Source: Yuukianura sp. NJ FZ-2021 (taxonomy: Eukaryota). From it: a DNA stretch of 64,000 nucleotides. The notes beneath the pieces are model-generated. The model was not told where the DNA came from and made no database searches. It saw nothing but the letters and a program-made list of their open reading frames with translations. Position numbers and translations under genes: made by a program. Every line of letters starts with the position of its first letter. Position 1 is the first letter of the stretch. The stretch is from assembly GCA_046563655.1 (NCBI GenBank), contig CM102290.1, positions 7,688,001 to 7,752,000 on the forward strand, in the 5' to 3' direction. This document shows positions 12,285 through 25,909 of the stretch, one piece after another.

Positions 12285-13654
12285 CGAGGCATGCTTTTTC
12301 ACGTGATCTCGAAATTTTGAATTTTAGAGTTATAGTCGAGTTCCTGATGTAAGCACAAACATTGCGGTGGTAGTATTAGTTGCGAATGCAAAAAAAAAAA
12401 AAAAAATTCTAAAAATTCTACCCCAGTATTTGAACCCGCGTCCCCCGCCTCAAAGGACAAAAAACGCCCAGACGCTTTCTCACTCGCCGCGCAAGAGAAA
12501 CTATGGACACCTGGACTGAAAATTCCCCTTTTTGTCGTCGACACAAAAACGACTTTTTCAAAGCTAACATTAATTTTAAAAACTCCATTTTTTTTTTCAA
12601 AAAATGGACGTAAATCCAATCGAAATTTCGAAAAAGTTCGTCAAAATTGTTGAGTATGAGTTCGGGGAGTATAATTTAAACACTATGTGAGAAAGTACAG
12701 ACGCTTTTGCTGACAAGTTGTACTCAACTTTCCTCCAGCTCCTTGATGGCATTGTTTTTGGAGAAGAAGAGGACTTGATAGCTCAAGACAAAGGGAAAGT
12801 CAAAAGTTTCTCCCAATAGTCATTTCAAAAACGTTCCACAACCTTGTTTTTAAACATTTTTTTGAAAAAATGGATGAAAATTTTGAATCTGACAATGAAA
12901 GTATTGATGCCAACGAAATCCCTTTACACGAAAAGAAAAGAATACTGGATTTTGTTGACTTACATCCTAACTACAGCCTACCTACACTAAAACGTAAAGG
13001 ATGTGCTTCACTTCCATCCAAATCTCGTCTACCCTTTTGGAGAAAGCAAGTTTTGGAAGGAGGAACGAAAAGAGAAAAGCTACGCCAAATTAAAAAGTTT
13101 GTGCTTCAAAATTTCGTGGCTTCACGTGACTCAGGCAAAATCCTCCGGCCAAAAAATCTGGAACAGTGGGGAATTCAAAAGGCAACCGAAATTCAAGCAA
13201 AATTTTTTTAGAGCAAGTAGAAGTTGGGCTGACAATTTTAAATCAAAACATCGAATTAAAAGTCGTCGAATAAACCTTCTCCTAAGCCGTCACGTAGTTT
13301 CAACTTCAGAGGATCTCATGGAGAAAGCAGGGTGGTTTCAAGTGAGAGTGAAGGAGAAAATGAAAAATATAAAATTAATTTTCACCCGTGAGGAAGTCCT
13401 TTTTGTGTCGACGACAAAAAGGGGAATTTTCACTCCAGGTGTCCATAATTTCTCTTGCGCGGCGAGTGAGAAAGCGTCTGGGCGGTTTTTGTTCTTTGAG
13501 GCGGGGGACGCGGGTTCAAATACTGAGGTAGAATTTTTTTTTTTTTTTGGCGTTCGCAACTAAAACTACCAACAAAATGTTTGTGCTTACATCAGGAACT
13601 CGACTATAACTCTAGAATTCCAAATTTCGAGATCACGTGGAAAAGCATCCCTCG
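12285..13654 (+). mobile_element. Tc4/Tc5-type (Tc1/mariner-pogo related) DNA transposon, internally deleted and non-autonomous
   Basis: ~270-bp imperfect TIRs (12285-~12560 and ~13389-13654) start CGAGG and end CCTCG. TCA flanks both ends (12282-12284 and 13655-13657) and the reconstructed empty site is CTCAG, matching CTNAG. The interior encodes an N-terminal transposase fragment. Confidence 0.9.
12870..13388 (+). pseudogene. Truncated, frameshifted transposase: HTH CENP-B/Tc5-type DNA-binding region only, no DDE domain
   Basis: ORF 12870-13211 continues, after removing one T from the T7 run at 13203-13209, into FFRASRSWADNFKSKHRIKSRRI. This resembles the F-x-AS-xx-W-xxx-FK-xx-H-x-I motif of Tc5/CENP-B HTH domains. 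The frame then runs directly into the right TIR. Confidence 0.75.
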
Positions 13655-16600
13655 TCAGAAACTATGGAAGTGGGTTCAGATTACACTTTCTACTTTCCCT
13701 GTTAGACAAAAGCCTGTCTCTTGACGTTCTTGTGTTTTTTTCATTATTAAAAACAAAACAAAAAACACATTGGCACCTCTTAGGCTTCTCTTGAGCCAAA
13801 AACCAAAGTTTTCTCATTAGATCATAACGGAGGCTAACGCTTCGAGCAGAACTTAAATTAAACAATTTGGGCCCACTTACACTTTCACCCTAGGGAAAGT
13901 GCGCCAAAGAATTAATTTAAATTCTAAATTTGTAATTTCTTTCCCCCACAACTTCCGGAAACTTACAACAGCCACCTAATAATCATCATTTGTAGAAACT
14001 ACTGCGTTTCGAGGCAGCACTGAGTCTGTGTGTTCAAATTTTCACAAAACGGAGGTCATTTTTTGGGAAATGGACCTCGTTCTCACGAAAAAATTTTGGA
14101 AATGAAACGGGGTCTACAAAAGGAGAGAAATACATTTGGAAAATGGACTCTACTACTACTCCCGACTACTCTTTAGGAAAATTTGAAAATGAGGAAACTT
14201 AAAGTTGGTCCTAACTAAAGTGGACGTGTGAGAAATGAAGGGAAATTGAAAAATTGACAGAGGTTAATGGGTATGGAGGGATCCGTGGAGGGAAAAAAAT
14301 GGTGGAACTTATGGATTTTTCTTTAGTTTGTTGGTGGTTAGGTTACACTATCTTCGGGGCAAGTATAAAGTGGGTGCTACTGAACCGCCTGGTTTTTCTG
14401 GGAAATGTCATTCATTACTTTTTGCTCCACCGCGGAGGGGATGGTGGGGCCTTCCACCCGCCACCAGTTTCTTCTTCTCATTCCACCAAACATAGGAGAA
14501 TTGAATTTGGGAAGGGAAAGTGTGAAAGAGCTAAAGTGAAAAGGAATATGAAAAGAGAGAAGAAAAAACTTTTCAACTAATCAACTCTAAAATCACAAAA
14601 TTGAAAAGTTTAAGCATACAAGCATACTTAAGCTTAGCTTTAGAGTTAGAGTCAAAAAAAATTTGGCGAAAATTAAGCCGAACTAAATTCAACTTCCTCG
14701 AAGATTTCCTGAAAAAAAAAAGCCTTTCAAAACCCAGCTACTTTTAAATTAAATTTTAAAAATGTCAAGTATAACTAAATATCTAATCACTTTAAAACAT
14801 TTACTTGTGCAAAAGCGGCAACAAACGAAGAAATTAGGAAGATACAATGTTGGTAGCGATAATCAGATCAATATTTTGTCAAATGAATTGAGTGAAAGCT
14901 GTCTAAGTCGTTTCCCATTTTTTAAAACGGAACTTTTTTTTTTTAAATCTAAAGAAAGTCATCAATTTCAATTCATTCCTTCCTGGGTTCGGAATTGGTG
15001 AAACTTGGTTGTCTCTAGTGTTTCAAATAAGCTAAACCATTTTTCTTCTTCTTTAAGAAAAAGAAAGGAGACGAACATCTTTTGGATTCTCGTTTAACTT
15101 CGCATGACTTAAATGTTGGTGAGCTTCGCCACACTTATAGTTTTTTTGGAATCTAGAATTAGAAAGTAGATTTTAAATTCCGAATGTTTTGTGGAACGCC
15201 ACAGTAAGCACTGAGTAGGACTTTTTCCCTGTTCGAAAAAACTTTTCTTTTTTCTCTGCGTTAGTTGGCTCCTCTGTCTCTGTGCTCTCCAACCTACACA
15301 CAAGAGCATGAAAGCGCTGGAAAACCTTTTTGGCAGCGCTTCCTTCGCTGCAGCGTTTTCTTTGAAGCCATTCGAGCCACAACTCTTGACTCGACCTCAC
15401 GTCACAGCTCCACTTTCTCCCTGAAACGCTATCCACAACACATGGAACCAACACAAACCTACCCCGAGCTAGTGCTTGTGGCCTAACCAAACCTAGCATA
15501 GAGTTCAAGTCCCTTCACAGGTCAGTCGGCCAGGTCAACTAAATTTCCGAGGGTCAAAGGTCAATCTTACTCATCTTTCAGTGATTGCTTTTCTATTGGT
15601 GAACTCTTTTGGAAATGGACAACACTCAGTTTTAGTTTTTCCTTTAACTCAAAGTATTGCCGGAGTGGGATAATAAGGTTCTGAGGTGCTCAAATTCATC
15701 GGTTTGAGTTGTTTTTCAAATGCAAGTTGTTTGTGGACTTGAAGATTGAAGACCATTTTCCCAAAATCCCTTCGGAAAGGTAACTTTTTGTTTCAGAATA
15801 AAAACAAAAGAAGAAACAGGAGAAAGTAGTCTTGTGGGATATCAATCCTCATGGAGTTCTGACTTCAAGTTGAACATTATACAGTGTGGAGACAGAAGGC
15901 TGTAGAGCGCTCAAGATCATTTTCCTTGGTAAAAACGAAAGAAAGCTGGAGCATCGTTTTCCCTAAAGATTTTCTCCTCCTCATCAAAATCCCATTCCAC
16001 TATTTTTATTTTACCCAAGAAAAAAAAACTGTGCAGGCGGTTTCAACGGTTTTCTCCATTATTGCTTTCAGAGCCCCAACAGGGTCGAAGAAAAAGTTAA
16101 AGCATTGCCCTGCAATGTTCAGAAAAAATGAAACTTTCAAAAACTTTCTAAAAATCTGCTTTAGAAGCTACCAGAAGTTTAAAAAAAACCTTTTCGTCAT
16201 TTTGTTTTGAAAAGAACGATTCCCCCCAAAAAAAAAACACTTTTCGAAAGAAAGCGACTAATTTAGAATTTTAGAAACTAAAGAAATAATGCATTGTCAT
16301 TTCAACCATCAATATTACAATGCAAGAAAAGATTGGAATTTAAGTTAAAAAATGAATTGCTTTTCCTTTTATTCAAAATTACCTACCTATACGTGGAATT
16401 TGGGAAAATGAGACAGGAGCAATCTGTTTTCTATGAGCAAATAGAACAGTGGTAGCATTTTGGTTTAGAAGGAAAAGGCGGGTTCTTTTGAAAATCAAAC
16501 AGCCATTCATATCCCTGCAGTTAATAAGACAAAAATCTGACAAGATACGTTTTATTGTTATACCTTCCCGGTCGTTCTCTAACGGCTGGCTTGTAGTTGC

Positions 16601-19600
16601 AGCCAATGACAAGTGGAAATTGATGATTGAAAGCAAAATGTAATTTCAAATGGAATCTAGAAAGATACTCACTCTACTTTGTGATTAATGCCGCCAAATT
16701 TTGCCATTCTAGCCTAATATTTTTTTTTTCAAAATTTCAAAATTTAGGTGTGCCACTTTGGAATATGTCAGTCCAATTGCTTCAACGTCTGACACCTACA
16801 ATCTGTCTCATTTTATTGATTACAGGTGAGAAAATTTTCATTTGAAAGTTAAAATTTAAAATTTAATTAAATTTTAAAATTGTGAAGTGAAAGTTAGGAC
16901 AAGCGTTTGTAGGGCTACGCCAAACAGGTAAAGGTTTGAAAATTTTGAAATTTTAAAATTTAAATTCGAACCTTAGTTTCTCTTCTTGTACAAAACAGAA
17001 AATACAAAATGTTCTTTGTTTCTGGATTTGACATCCGCATTCCCTTGCGTCCCACTAACCGGATCCTCGACTCCTGTCGATTGGCCTCCTTTTTTGAAAT
17101 AATTCATTCAAATTTAAATTGGTTTCTCTCTACCTTCACTTTTTCACGTTCTCTTCACATCTTTGTTGTGAATAATAATTTAAATTTAGGCAAAACTATA
17201 AGGAGGAAAGTCAGTTTTAGAATAAAAGGAAGCTACAAAGTTTTTTTTTGCTCATTCTATTCTAAAGACAGCTTTTGTTATAAAAAGAAAAGAAAAAATC
17301 TTGAGAAGTTTTTAACTGCTGTTCTAGAAAGTTAGCCTATGAAATTCCGCCGTTTAAAAACTCAAGTTCTAAAAAAAAGTTTTGTTCCCAGCGAAAGTAA
17401 ATCATAAGAAAATGTAAATGGAGCTTAGAAGACTCTCTTATGACCAAATTATGCAAGTGCGGTTGGGGGGAAGTTTAAATCGCGCACGTTTCATTGAATT
17501 TGCTTTCACTTTTTGCTTTCTCTTTCCTCGTTCAGTTGTTAGGGTACTGCTGCTATTAATTTTTGGCTTTTCTTTTTAAAAATAATGGGAGTGAGTAACC
17601 TAACTCTAACTTTGTCCGAAACCATAATTTTGGCTTAATTTAATTTCGAATGCCTGAGAGCCTGCGGGGAAGCGGTTGCCCTGTGTCTCTGTCACATACT
17701 CAGACTTTCACCTCAAAGTTCTCCGAACTTATAGATAAAATTGTGCTTTCTCTTTGGTCGTGTCCTAACGTAGGAAGATAGGAACAAACTTAACCTAAAG
17801 CATAGGAAGTTTGGTGGGATATGGAAGCTAGAAATTGCAGAGAAAACACTGGAAGCTACAAACGAAACTTAGATTTTCCTCGAAAACGCTTTCACGTTAC
17901 ACTTGGAGTACTACACTCTGCCCAAAAGTGGAAATTTTGGCATGGAATCCCGTGTGGGAAAAAAAGGAAGGAGAAAGTTTCATTTCATCGCATTTCCGTA
18001 GCCACAAATTACTTGTGTGGAGAATCAAAATCAATTGATTCGGAAGGTAATTGGATTTGTAATATTTAATTTAGCCTAAGTGTTTGGTGGAAGGTCAACA
18101 GAAAAAGGCGGGATGAAATGAGCATTTCAAAAGAAACATTTCAAATTAATTGAAAATGAAACAAACAATCCCATCTAAACTTAATTTAACGATTCTCAGC
18201 AACAGTACTCATAAGTAATTTAGTGCGGTATATTCGGATAATAACAAAAAAAAATACAATTTAAAAAAACGACTTTGCTAGTCCTCGTTAAATCTCATTT
18301 TTTAAATTTTATCCAAAGTGTTTGGTTTGCTGTTACGATGAAAACTATTTCAAAATTTAAATTTGTGTTTTTTTGTCTTTCGCCTTTTATTTGTTTTCAC
18401 TCTAAAAGGCATAAGTTAGCCTAACCTAGCCAACCTCGCCCATCTCCAATCTTTGATTCCCTCCTAAATTCAATAAAACTGTGCGAACAACTCATTTCTT
18501 TGGGTTCTTGACTCTCAAGTTGAAGAGGGTGGAAATAGCGGGAATTTATGAGACTCGTGATAACGTAAGTAAGCTTGCCCTAAGTCCTTTCCATGTGGTT
18601 CCACCACAAACTTACTTTAATTGGTTCCATGTTAGCAGTTTGCTCTTGTCTTCCCTTCACTTCCACTTCGCCCTTTACTTTTTTCCATATTAATGAAGAC
18701 AAGGTTAGGTTTCGAAAGAGAAAGTTCCCCATAGACACAAAACACACGGAATTTGTCCTCCGCAAACAAAGGCCGAAGTGGCTGCTGGAGAAAGCAGGGA
18801 AGGTTTGAGTGCCCTCAGAAGGTGGATCCATTGTCAACTGAAGTCAGTGGCATAACCAAGAAGCCCACGAGCCAAAGTCAGGTTAAACCAAAAGTCTCAA
18901 TGGACTTCCAACTTCCGAACACAACGTTTCACGATCCGACTAGTCTCCAAGGCATTTCCGCAGACACGCAAAGGCTTCTTGTGTTGACACAGACGAACAA
19001 TCGGAACTTCCAAGAAGAAGAAGGCATGTGTCACCCGTCATCGAGTTCTTAAGGCCTGACAGATAGGCAAATAATTCCAAAAGATCAGCCTCTTCTTCAA
19101 CTTACAGAGATGAGCTGTTTTACCTTTAGAATTTAGTTGGTTCGGGTTTTTTCGTATCAAGGATTAGGTGATGGTAAGGTTGGAGTTAAGATTAGCTTTC
19201 ACTTTGAGTTGATAATGTTAGTAGCAAGGTCAGATTCGGCTCTTCGCCCAAATTTTCTACCAATTTCGAACTCTTTAGTTGTGTTTTTTTTTAAATTAGC
19301 GGAGCGGTGGCTCCTATTCAGCTCTATTTCCATAAGGAATGAAGCTGTGGTGAGTTTTGGTAGGAAATGAAAGAAAATGGAAATCCTTCTTAGCCCATTA
19401 TCCGCTTTCTTTCTGTCAAAGTACTTTTCCTTGTCCTTGGAGGACACGGATCCTGCAATGGATCTCACAAAAGACGAAGTTGAATAAGAAGAAAAGTACT
19501 TTTCTTTTTTCTTTGAGGAATTCCAATAGGAACGAATTGGCAGAGCGGCATATGGGGGGACTTTGAAATCCACTTTGGGACTTGTATGGCCTAGGAGAAG

Positions 19601-22600
19601 GAAAGAAGCTTTAAGAAGAAAAAATGGAATGAACTGTAACTGAGAATCGATTCTATAGAGCGACAGAAAGCAGCAGGTTTCTCGTACTGGCAAATATTCT
19701 ATTAACATGATACCAGTTCAATTGCCACATCTACAAACAAACCATTTAAAGTCCAGGGGTTTGTGCAAAAAAGAAATACAAATCCAACTTTGAATGTTGT
19801 TCGGATGCTACAGGTGCTTTTGGTAAAGAAAGCCATTGGCAACAATTTCCCGGTCTAATAACACTTAACAACTTGTCGACAAAAGTCAATACCAAAGCTC
19901 TATTTAACTTACTCGCGTTTTTGGTTTCTCACCGAAATTCGAAGTTTTGTTAACATAAACTTAGTTTTTTGTAGTAAAAACGTTTCTTTCATTTATAAAT
20001 TTAGACCTTTTGTGAAAATTAGCCTCCTACCGTCTCTGTTCTAAGTTCAAACAGGTTGGTTCTAAAATGGAAATCCTATGATGCCTTTGGTCAGGTTGGA
20101 AATTTGATTACGTTGGAGGAAATTAATTTATTCCGAGAATATTCGGAATGGAAATCCTTCGCTTTCAATTATTACAACAGAGAGGGTGTCATGGACGTCT
20201 GAGAGTGTTTGTATCTCTCCCGCTTTGTTTTGTTCTTTGGATAGGAGCAAAGGGACTAAATTTATGAGACATAGGGTATTTATTTCAGTAGAATTCCAAC
20301 GACAGCGGTGAAACCTCCATGTTGTACTGCCAAACAAATGGGCTCAAAGGTTCCCACTCTCTTCTCCTTCCAGGAAGTGGCACAAATCCTTGAGATCCTA
20401 CACGAGCTTTGGAAATAACAATAACTTAACGCCACAAACCTTAATTTCTCTGGAGATGACTCCTTCCTGAACTTTATTCGTTTGCCTTTTAATGTCGAAA
20501 AGGCAATAAGCCATTTCATTTCTCAAATGACTTTTAATCAAAATCCAAACAATTAAAATAAAAAGAATTAAAATAATATAGCAAGCAGAAGTAAATTCAG
20601 CTTTTGAAGTTGACAAAAGCGAAAGAGAAAGTAAAATTTTAGTTTGAGTTAAGAAGGTTTGCCTTTCTTCTTAAACTGAGCTGTGTAACTTTTCGGACTT
20701 TTACAAAAGCTCTACCGTGCGGAAATCGCCACGTTAAAACGTTTTTCTAAAAAAAAAACGTTAGAGCTATAGATTGACGTTAAACTGCTCCAAGTTGCGG
20801 TAAATACGTAAATCCTGGTGCTCCAAAACAAAAGCCTAAGCTACTATAAATTTCTTGGCTTCTAAGAAATTTTCTGTGCTCCTAAAAAATTTCTGATGGA
20901 AGTTTAATTTCCCTCGTTCCCTTTGATGACAACTGAATTTCCAAAAAGTCGTTCAATTTCCTTTATATGGCTGCTATGAATTTGAAAGTAGGTCACTTTC
21001 TCTTTTGCTCTGCCCGTTGCGTGGACCCTGGTTGACCTAACCTAACCTTTAGTTTCACTCCTAAGGCAAAAAATGGAAAGTCTCCTGTCGGCAAGGTTTT
21101 CGGTGGAAGACAGAGGCCCTTTTGACACTGTAGTGAAAGTAAGTAAGCAGAAAGGTAGGACTTTATGCTAGAAAGCATGGGAAACCAACTGTAGTCAAAC
21201 AACAGCAAAAACTTCCATTTCTCTGCTGTCACTAAACTATGTATGCTTCATCAAATATTCACAAGGAAAATGTTAGGCTAAGGGAAGGCATAGACTGCAA
21301 TGGTTCAACTTGGACAGCCAGCACACCGTTCGTTGTACGTCCAGCACTCTTCCGTGGTAGTAAAGTTGTAACGTACGAAGTTGTGCTTCAACTACTAACT
21401 CACTCCAGTAGTGTGCCACTTGCTCTGCAGTATGTACTCGTGATGGGTTGGAATGTTTGGAATTGGGCTAAGTTCCAAAAGGAAAGCTAGGTTACCTAAC
21501 CTTACATTTTTGATTTACTTTTGGCTTTTGAGGAAACGAACTTTTCATGTCAAATTAAACAGACCTGCATAAACAAATTGGAACTCCGACTTTTTTCTAA
21601 TTTTAAAATTTTTTAGCAAGAACTTTTTGTTCTAAAAGTTTTTGGTTTGTGGTCTTACGAAAAAGATTTATTCTGGTAAAACTTTTTTGAAAATGCAATT
21701 TTCAAGACGACAAAAGGTGAAGCATGGGGAGTTGTTATCTTGTCACTCTTCTTTTTTTTTCTTTTGAATAAAAAGACACTCGGGTTTACTATTTTTTCAT
21801 GTTTCATGTCATTCCTAAAAAAAATACAACGCTAGTTCAAAATTTTGGAAATGACTGAAGTTAGCTTTCACCGTCTGTATTTGCACTTTGCTAGGTAACT
21901 GAAAGTAAAGTCATTTCCACAGGAAATGGAGCTGTACAAGGCACTTTTTCTTTTACCACACTCTGAAAAAAATCTGGCAGAAGCTTTTATCATGGCGCGT
22001 ACTTTGAAAATATAAATTGTAGCGCACATTTCCGTCGAGCCTTCGGTATTTCCTTACGCCGTAGTGAGTGGTTGGAACCCATTTTATGCTGTACGTAGAC
22101 GTGAGGTTATTGCTCCAGATACAAGATATGAGACAACACTATTTGTTTTGTTATGTCCTCGACAACAGCAGCAATAACGCTTACTTTTAATGCTCATAGT
22201 AGCGTCATATCTTCTTATAGCTCATTTTACACAATATACACAAGGTTAGGTTTACATGAGGTTGTTCAATCAGAAATCTCAGAATTTATACAATACGCAA
22301 AAAAGTAGAGTGACATGAACTCTCAATGACCTCGAGTTAGCGTAAAAAACAAGATTAAGGAAGAAACGACTTTGGTGTTTGGCAATTTTTTAGGCTCGAT
22401 TGGATCGTTTTCGGTTGTCCGAAATGGAGCATTGTTATTTTTTTTTCTTTTGGCTGTCGAAACTTATTTGCTAGAAGAAACCATACGGAAAGTATTACAT
22501 GTCAACATTAATTTCCAACTAAGAACTGGCCATTTGCTCCCCTATTTCTTTCATGTTTCTTTCCAAAATGGATCCCTGAGCTACGAAGACCTTATGAATG

Positions 22601-23728
22601 TTATCATACTTCAGAGAGAAATGAAAGCAGCAGAAGGGATTTCCCCTTTGGAAAATGCGTTGCAAAAGAGGCGACTTTCTGGAAGGCAGGAACGGTTACG
22701 CTTCAGTTCCAGAATATGCATAATGGATGGTCGTTTCAGATGGAGCGAACTACCGCCACCAATTTATTAGGCTATGAATGTCTTAGTCACTGCTCACTCC
22801 AGGATGTCTCCTGCGTCGTCAAGGCAGGATTACAACAGACAGGCATTTTCTCTCCAAATTTAAAACCTGACACCACTCACCTTGTCTAAAACTTTCAAAT
22901 AAATTTCAGATTGTGGTTTCTTTTGGTTACAAAATGACAGGAACACTTTTGGTTTCCAAATTAACTTGGAAGTGGTGTAAAGTGAAAGTTAATTTTTCCT
23001 TCTGCGGTATGTTTTTCTCTATATTGTATAAACTCTCAGAACTTCAAGTTGAAGTCCTCAACCAAACAAAGGAACGTTAAAACTGAAAATGTAGAAGAAT
23101 GTCATTTCACAGCTTTGAAATTGTTACACAAGTTAGAAAGAAAAGCGCTTCCTTTGATGTTTTCTCAACTTTTGAACAGAAACTCAAACAAACCAAATTC
23201 TTTAGAGGAAGCCTAACAAAACACAAAACTAAGCAATTGAATGTAGTTGTAGTAGCAAGCTTTAAATGTAAACTAGTGACTGCGAAGTAATATTGAAATA
23301 TTGCAGGAAATTTCTGCTTTTGTGTTCAAAAACTACAGAAAAAGCGGAGGTTTTGTGTGATACAGTTTGAAAAGTAAAACGAGAGGTGAAAGCAAGCTTT
23401 CACCTCGCTCTTTCGGACGGAAGTGGAACTACGACGTTACCTTCGCTTTCACCTTGAATGCGAATTCCATGGGTAGAGGAGGCAGTCGATCCAAAAAACA
23501 CTGGATAAAAAACGCTCCACATCCTTTAGGCCTCATTCATATATCAAAACTTTTCTTTTTTCAAACAATCCTACATTAAATTTTTTAGAATTTATTCTAC
23601 TTACTCAAAAACAGAAAGCGGAGCTTTCAGCCTTTCAGCTATTCACCCTTTGAAAGGAATCTACGTACAGCAGAAGCTTTCCGTCTGGCGCAAGATTGCT
23701 ATAGCTCCCATTTATACAAATGCGCTAA

Positions 23729-23938
23729 CAGGTTATGCCATAACTCCGATTTTTTTAAATCACGAAAATAACAATTTTGGAGCAATTTTGTTTGTTTTCA
23801 CGATAACTTTTGAAATTTTTTAATATTCACGTTGCTGAGTCGTAGTTTTGATTTCGAATTGCTAAAGCAACGGAGCCGCGTCAGATGTGTGGTTTAAAAA
23901 ATTTGAAAATTTGAAAAATTGAGTTATGCTATAACCTT
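23729..23938. mobile_element. Small degenerate MITE (possibly Kolobok-like)
   Basis: Imperfect inverted ends AGGTTATGCCATAACTC (23730-23746) / GAGTTATGCTATAACCT (23921-23937), with TTAA at the right flank; ~210 bp, non-coding. Confidence 0.45.
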
Positions 23939-25328
23939 TAAAAAAACAAAATTTCGATTTAAACAACCTAGGTCTGGCGCTAGCAAGTGACGAGAAACTT
24001 GAATTCACTAATTTCAGAAATAATATAATTTTTCAAACAAAAAGCTTAACTGACTTTGAGTTATAAACTTGTCTAAAAAGTCATCGCCAATGATCAGATA
24101 CTCCAGTAACAAGGGAGTGAATTATTGAGAACTTATCTAGAAAAGTTTTACTTGAGTCTACTATATACTTATATAGTTACTTAGAAATCCGAAGTTTGAA
24201 GTATTGGGAGAGGAAGATGCGAAGGAAAGTGCTCGTCCTCAGAGAACTCAACAAAAACGAACCATTTTCCATCAAAAAGAAAGTTCTGGAGGCGTTTTTT
24301 TAAAGATTCTACAGTGGAATCCCTGTCGAGCGTTTTCAATGAGACGAATTACTAACAGTCAGAATCCCTCTATACCAAAAGTACTTTGCACCAGAGACGG
24401 CACATTGGGACGTGAAATCGATTTCTCTTTTAAACTGAAAACTTTTGATGTTCATGCCGCCAAAGAATCGTTTGAAATATTGGTTCATTTTTATAAAAAT
24501 ATAAAAGAACTGAACTTTTGCTCCAAAATTTAAACATGAAGCGGACTTTTTTTTGACTTTGTGTACATAGTTCCTCAGATGTATTTTATAGGTTACTACA
24601 TTTTCGTGTTTACGTTGTTTAAATTGGCTCTGTATATTTAACATCAAAGTGAGTTGAATATTTCTTGTTTTTGGAGTAAAAGAGAAAATTTGAATTGAAA
24701 AGAAAGTTGCCTTTTGTGAAATAATGATTTATCAAGGCGGGGATTATGAACTGTCAGCTTTAGCATTTTCAATTAATCATCACTAGCATTAAATAATTAA
24801 ACAAAGCATCTGGATAGTCTTCCTTTTCAAAAAAAATAGGCAGAGAGCTTCTCGGGTTTTTCCTTTTTATTCATAACTTTCAATTTTCTCAAAAAAAAGT
24901 AGTTGAGGTAGCGCTCTTTTTTTTCACTTTTGCGGGTAGCGTATTCTTGACCTTGAGAGTAAAGGTCACATGGGGTGAAACCAAATATATTTGTTGAACT
25001 TCATTTTTTATAGAATGGTTGTGATGCTACTTGTAAATTGCAGTTCCATTTTTGGAGTAATTTTGCTTTTGAGTGTAAACAACTTTTTTTGAGTGACTTT
25101 TGAGTTGCAGGAGAGGCTGAATGAGGACGTTGAGAAAACAATACCAAAGTCCGCTCGTTTCATCAATTCCTCTGTGGCTAACTCTTGTGTAAATAAAATG
25201 TACTTGGAAAAGTACACAAATCAAAGCCCGAGATGGTAAATAATAAAACATTACAGTTGCAATGCATCAAAAAATTCTTTTCGGGCATCTTCTCTTCAAA
25301 GTGCAAAAGTGGAACGGCATCAAAACCT

Positions 25329-25909
25329 GTTTTTTTTTGTTTAAACCAGGTTTTTTCGGTTTAAACCAAAGCTTCAGAGAATTCATCCATGCCTGACCTA
25401 GGATCAGTGTGAAATGTATTAAAATGGGTGACACACCTTTCTGGTTGATTTCCACTAACTTTTAATTAAGAAAACTTTTCGAATTAAGTTGAAATTTAAA
25501 CTAAACTGAAACAAAAAAAATTCTAAAACTGCTACAACGCTTAATACAACAAAACATAACAAACGAAACACAACAAGTGTGCTTGGTGTTTGGAAAAAAC
25601 TATAAATATTTAATACACCTTTTAACGATTTTAGCCTTAAAATGAAATAGAGTACGGAACAGTAATGGAATAACAATGAATACGCTTCAGTCCGTATATT
25701 CCGAAAAAAAAAATATGGAAAGCCACAAAAGTCTAGCTGTAGGGTTCTCAAGAAGAAAGTGAAAAAAAGTTTGACAGAAACCGACAAAAACAGACTTCCT
25801 ATCCAACTATTTCGATTTTTCTTTTCATTTTGCATGAAATTCTTTCTTTGGTTTAAACCGTGGTTTAAAACATCGTTTAAATCAAGTGGTTTAAACCAGC
25901 AATACCATG
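25329..25909. repeat. Probable DNA-transposon remnant with clusters of palindromic GGTTTAAACC subterminal motifs
   Basis: GTTTAAACC occurs twice at 25339-25367 and about four times (some degenerate) at 25850-25897. No clean TIR or TSD found. Confidence 0.35.

Noticed and set aside
12299..12619. Minus-strand ORF nearly identical to the C-terminus of ORF 13003-13563
   Set aside because: An artefact of the transposon's terminal inverted repeats, not a duplicated gene.
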